In this document: positions 59,164 to 64,000 of the stretch, piece after piece | Layout of the letters: the number at the start of each line of letters is the position of its first letter | Position numbering within the stretch: position 1 is the first letter of the stretch | From: Marsupella aquatica | Lineage: Eukaryota; Plantae; Marchantiophyta | Direction of reading: 5' to 3' | DNA: 64,000 nucleotides | NCBI GenBank assembly: GCA_973895155.1 | Contig: OZ316897.1 | Coordinates: 6,748,470-6,812,469 of the forward strand | Made by a program: the position numbers and the translations under genes | The notes under the pieces: generated by a model | What the model was told of the DNA's origin: nothing | The model's input: only the letters and a program-made list of their open reading frames with translations | The model's database searches: none

Positions 59164-62100
59164 AATGGCGGCTCATTTGCAAGCACGAACTAAGCAGACG
59201 ACCACGGGAGGCCAACTACTGTTCGCTGCTCAGGCAAGCACTCGGGGTGGAAGCAGATACCGACAATCAACTCAAGAAGGGTATGAGCAACGTCAATCAA
59301 GCTACTCATTTTTGGGGATGCCTGTTAGAACAGGCAACTGAGTACATTGGGACCTACGAGGATGAAGAATCGGAGAGAGCCGCTCGAGAACGGCAGGAGC
59401 TCGCTCGACTGTGGGAGCTGCAAAAATCTGCCTTCTTAGGAGGAGAACTCATCACGGATGAATTCCTATGGACACCTACTGCCAACAAACTCGACGATCT
59501 TCTGTTTTGTGAGAACAGAATAGTCGGCATCCGGGAAGCCATCAACCGCTGCAATGACATACACTGGGAGTTGAAGGGTAGCATGGAGGGGTGGACGAAG
59601 GCAACCGTGCTAGGAGAAACATCCACGGCAGCCGCTATGAAGAGGGAAGGGAACATCAATGAAGAGACCACCCCTACGAAGAGAACAAGGGCGGCGGCAC
59701 CAAGGAAGCCAGCCGAGCAAGGGAGCAGGAGGCAAGAAGAAGCCGAAGAAGAGGAGGTCAACCCCATCAATGTCGTTCCGACAAGAGATGACACCTGGAA
59801 AGGCTGGGCGGCGACCCTCCCCGAGGAAGTGCAATTACACTTTGCACGTAAAGAGGATGCATGCTTTATGGCTATGCAGACTCGGAAGTACCAAGGCTTC
59901 ATGGCCGGATTCGGCTTGGAAGCCTTTGTGAAATTACCATGGCTGAAGCTGGAGGTGCCGGATTCAGACTTATTAGAATTTGTGGGATCCTGGGAGCCCG
60001 AGTCCAATTCCACAAGGGTGTATGGGAAGGATTTCTATCTCACTCCCCGAGTAATTGCCGAAGCGTTTGGCTTGCCGATGGGCAATAAGACCAAAGTTGA
60101 TACCAGGAAGACCTTGCATGACAAGGAGTTCTGGTCGTTCCCAGGGCCAGAAACGAAGAATGGCTTCTTCCGAAACACCTGCACCAACCCACACATAGGG
60201 GAGATGATCGATTTCTTGCGGGTAACCATGCATTGCAACTTGCCAAGGCCAGAGATCGGCAAGGCACAGGTTTACCTGGCGGAGAGGCCAGACCCCCAGC
60301 CGGGACTACAACGGATACCTCCTCACCCAATTGAAGAAAATCTTGAAGGAGGAACAGCAGGTGATCGGCAAGGGAAGCATGTCCCGGCTTGGCTATCATA
60401 TGCCGCTGTTGTGCCGGTATGCCCAAAGTCAGATATTTGCCCCGGTACTTCCCCTGCAGGCAAGAGCACCAGAGGAGGTTCCGGAACACAGGCCGGCAAC
60501 AGAGAAACCAACCCAGCCCAACAGTCCTACAATCAAGCAGGTGTTTAGGCTGAGGAAGGAAGACTTGCCGATGCAACAACCAGGCATGCAGAATCTGCTG
60601 AAATTGCTGGAGAAGGAAAGGAGAATGGCAACAGTAACGGTAACGGGACCGGTACAAAATACTGCTCCCAAAGTTGGCCTAAGCCGACTTACCAGGGAAA
60701 ACCCCTTTACCGGGGCCAAGGAGAGAGGGAGGCCGGAACACGAGCCAGGAGTCCGAATGTATGTAGGAGCCTCAAGTCCCAAAGCCGAGGAAAAGCAACC
60801 CGAAGCTCCTGGTTGCGACAGGGAGAAGAAGAGATCAACCTGGAAGCCGGAGGAGGAACCACGACCCGTGATCTGTGAGGCCGTGTTCACGGCAAAAGCA
60901 GGAGAGCAGCGGAGGGAGCTGGTAGTCCAAGCCACGGAGGAGGCAGTAGAAGGCTACGACAATGATGACTCCGGCTATGGGCCGGACCATCATGTTCCAG
61001 GAGTAAGGACTTGTGGCAGGTTCATCTCCACTCTTCCAAGAGTAGTTCGAGGGGACCCCACCCAGCAGAGCAGCCCCGAGTCTCCCCCACCAGATGTTGC
61101 TCCCCCTTGGGGGGTTAACTAAGTGTATATTTTGGGGTACCACGTGCGATCCTAGCCTAATATAAATAGACCTATTTTATAAAGAAAAAATTCCAAGAAT
61201 ATTCTCTATTTTCAATATTAATAACCTATTTTACTTTATAAAAGGTATATATTAGAGATTATTCTATAAACATGAGTTTATAATACCTTCTTTTGCCTCC
61301 TACGCTTTTTAAAAATTTAGTTAAGTTCTATCCAAAATACCTATTTTGGATCGCACGTGGTTCCTAAGATTTTTTATAGTCAACCCCCCAAGCGCTTCCC
61401 CGAGCTTTGACGGCATAAAATAGATGGCACGAGAGTTTCAGGAGCGACTTAGGGAGGAAGAGAAGGCAGCCCTGGCTAGGGAGAAAGATTTACTAGGGGG
61501 AGAATGGCCAGAGCACATCCAGGCGGCTTGCAGAAAAACGAAGCAGCCCTCCAGCCACGATAGAAGAAATCCGCAAGGCGGCTTGGGAACAAAGGCCACG
61601 ATGGTTGATGCCGATGACTTCTACTCACTCCGCCTATGCTAAAGAAAGAGCCATGGAGTACGGGGAGATGTGTGGGGAACTTGCGCTCAGCATCTTTGGG
61701 GAGGAGTTGGAGCAAGGACCCTTTTTCCAGAGAGAGATGTTGGAGAAGCGCCGATTAGAAGAAGCGGTGGCTTTGGAGAGAAGCAAGAAGGACGAGGTCA
61801 TCCGTCGGCTTAGGGCAAGGGAAGCCAAGGTAGAAGACCTGAAGGCGGCCAAGAAAGCCCAAGATGAGCTGCGGATTAAGCGGCATGAGCTAAACATCAT
61901 GCAAGGGCAATTGGATACCGCGCAGTCTGATAATCAGATTATCAAGGATAAACTGACTCGGACCCAAGGAGAGTTGGCCGATGCGATCAAGGAGAAGGAG
62001 AAGTGGAAGCGAGAGCTTAGAGACGCAGAGGAGGCCCACATAGCAGCCAACAACCGGGCCATGGCGGAGACCCAGAGAAGGGAGAGGGCGTTGAAGGGGG

Positions 62101-63023
62101 AGCTCGAGGATATCCGCGGAGCCCTTGAGCAGAAGGAGGCCGAGTTAGGAAAATCCTATTAGGCGATCATTGTGCTAGGACAGGAGCTTGCATCCCTGAT
62201 GGCCAGCTTCAAGGCCGACCTCCGTGAGAAAGACGACCAGCTCGACCAGACTTATGCCAAGATGAATAAAATGGAGTCTGAGGTTGTAACAGAGCTCAAC
62301 AAGGAGCTAAGAGCAACCCAGGAAGAGAGGGCTACCTTAAAAAAGGAGCTAGAGAAAGCCCAGAGAGAGTTGGAGGAAGCTCAGAAGGAGCTGGAGGAGG
62401 CATGCAAGGACCTGGACGAATTGCAGGAGGAGTTGGAGGAAAGCACGCGGAAGATGGAGAACTTACAGCGGCGGGCTAACAACCACACGGAGCGGTTGAA
62501 GAAACAGGCAGCAGTATTTAAGTATTTAATAGGGGCAACCAAGTTGCCAGGAGTAGTACTGGCCGAAGGACAAGCCGAGACACTCGCACCCGTGCCGGAG
62601 GTAAGTGGCAAAGGGAAGGGACCAGCTGCCAAGACAAGGAAGAAGAAAAAGCAAAAACCTTTTGGGTCGGGGAGTAACACGGCTTCTCAAGCCGTTGTGA
62701 CCAAGGAGGTAAACCCGACACCAACCTCAGGCAGGGTCACGGCAGAGGATCCAACTGTCCTACAAGGGGATGGCAAGGGCAAAGCTGGAATGCTCAGTGA
62801 TGAAGCCGGGGTACCGGATCCACCACTAGAGCATGCTGGGGAGGCCGTAGCCGTATTAAAGGTCATGGCCAATGTTGAGGCCAAAGCCGAGGGTGGACCC
62901 GGTCAGGCCGCGGGTGAGTTGACTGGGTGTGGGGCAGGTAATCTGTCAGAGGACGGACCTACAACAGTGGCTACGGAGGAAGAGTTGGGGGCGTCCATTG
63001 AGGATCAGCCACCGCTACCATGA
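59164..63023 (+). pseudogene. Large disrupted retrotransposon accessory ORF (putative plant transposon protein / Transposase_32-like N-part, long coiled coil)
   Basis: Collinear ORF pieces at 59247-60548, 60331-61122 and 61424-63023. Motif LLEFVGSW...VYGKDFYLTPRVIAEAFGLP and an E/K-rich heptad C-terminus. No introns. Confidence 0.55.
61106..61392. mobile_element. AT-rich MITE/foldback insertion interrupting the accessory ORF
   Basis: TIRs cttggggggttaacta and tagtcaaccccccaag, with inner inverted ccacgtgcgatcc (61140-61152, 61348-61360). The interior is AT-rich inside a purine-rich coding region. TSD is unclear. Confidence 0.75.
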
Positions 63024-64000
63024 CGGTGGTGAGGGCCACTCCTTTTAAGGAGGGCGGACGTGGAGGGAGGAGGCATGAGTAAGCAGGGCGGGCTCAGATC
63101 TCCAAGTTTAGAATTAGGATCAGGACCAAGAGGTGGCCCTGACACTTAGATTAGTGGGATTGCGGATCCACTGGTAAGAGCAACACTTGTGCTCCTGCCT
63201 CACTGTACATAGTAGATTACAGTTAGGATAGATTAGGCTTACGCTGCAAGGAATTAGGTGGATCCACTACCAGGATAAGTACCTGGGCAGCGGGTAGTTC
63301 AGGGCCTTCTTCCTTAGCAAGTTTTTTGTGCACCAGCAGGGCTAGGATCAAGTAGTTAAAGAAGATCTCGGTTAGTTATGTTGTGACCCTTGTGTATATT
63401 CATGTTTCCTCATAACTAAGAGATGAATCTCTTGGCCTCACGGCTTAGTTCACAGATCTTGTGTATGAGAAGTACTGTTTGTATGGCAAGTGCATGGTAT
63501 AACTCAGTCAGAAGGAGTCATTTTGCTATTTGTGTGTCGCATTAACTTGTTTGAAGATTGCCCACATCAACCAAGAAGGGAGTAAGCAAGGTAGTAAGAG
63601 TTGGATGTGTTGAGCTGAGAGAGGTCTTAGCGGCTTACCCAAGCCAGTTGGGGATCATTCCGACGGCGGAATCCAAACATACCTAAAGGAAGACCCGGAG
63701 AGGAGGACAAGGGAAGGCATAGAAGAGGCCGGCTACATATTTCATGACCCGATGAAGGATTTGTCCAGTATATGTGTGTAAAATGTTAGTCGAAGGAAGT
63801 TAACAGCGTCCCATGCCGCTAAGCCGCGAAACCGGCCTCGCCAAGAGCAAAACCTGCAAGAATCGACTTGTGCAGGGGGGTTTCTTGGGTTCAGGGAGCC
63901 ATGGGACGCACCACACATTGATCAGCGCCGGGTCGTCCCACCCAGAGTTCTCTCAAACTTGGTTAGCCAAACTCTTGTAATACTCTTTTGTCTTAGTTAT

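Overview
Eukaryotic, repeat-dense genomic DNA. It is a land plant, probably a bryophyte-grade lineage; this is inferred from the gene and TE families, not proven. Three intact host genes sit among nested, mostly decayed transposable elements: an intronless F-box/kelch-type gene (13793-15274, -), a two-exon zinc-binding At2g17705/At4g08330-like gene (34885-36100, -), and a 13-exon sterol C14-reductase FACKEL/ERG24 gene (38673-42558, +). The standout is an 11.6-kb Ty3/Gypsy-type retroelement (21103-32700). Its pol carries a DNMT3-like C5 cytosine methyltransferase between protease and RT, and a PHD finger at the integrase C-terminus. Its ends are not ordinary LTRs but Ngaro-style split direct repeats (A1...B1-A2-B2), with TGTC...GACA termini and a 4-bp TSD, even though it encodes a DDE integrase. 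A decayed CACTA element at the window start carries a SET (lysine methyltransferase) domain. Also present are a diverged relative of the Gypsy element, a Copia element with two nested solo-LTR-like inserts, a two-copy solo-LTR-like family with non-canonical AGT...ACT ends, MITEs and a small TPRT insertion. All domain calls come from motif recognition by eye; no database searches were run.
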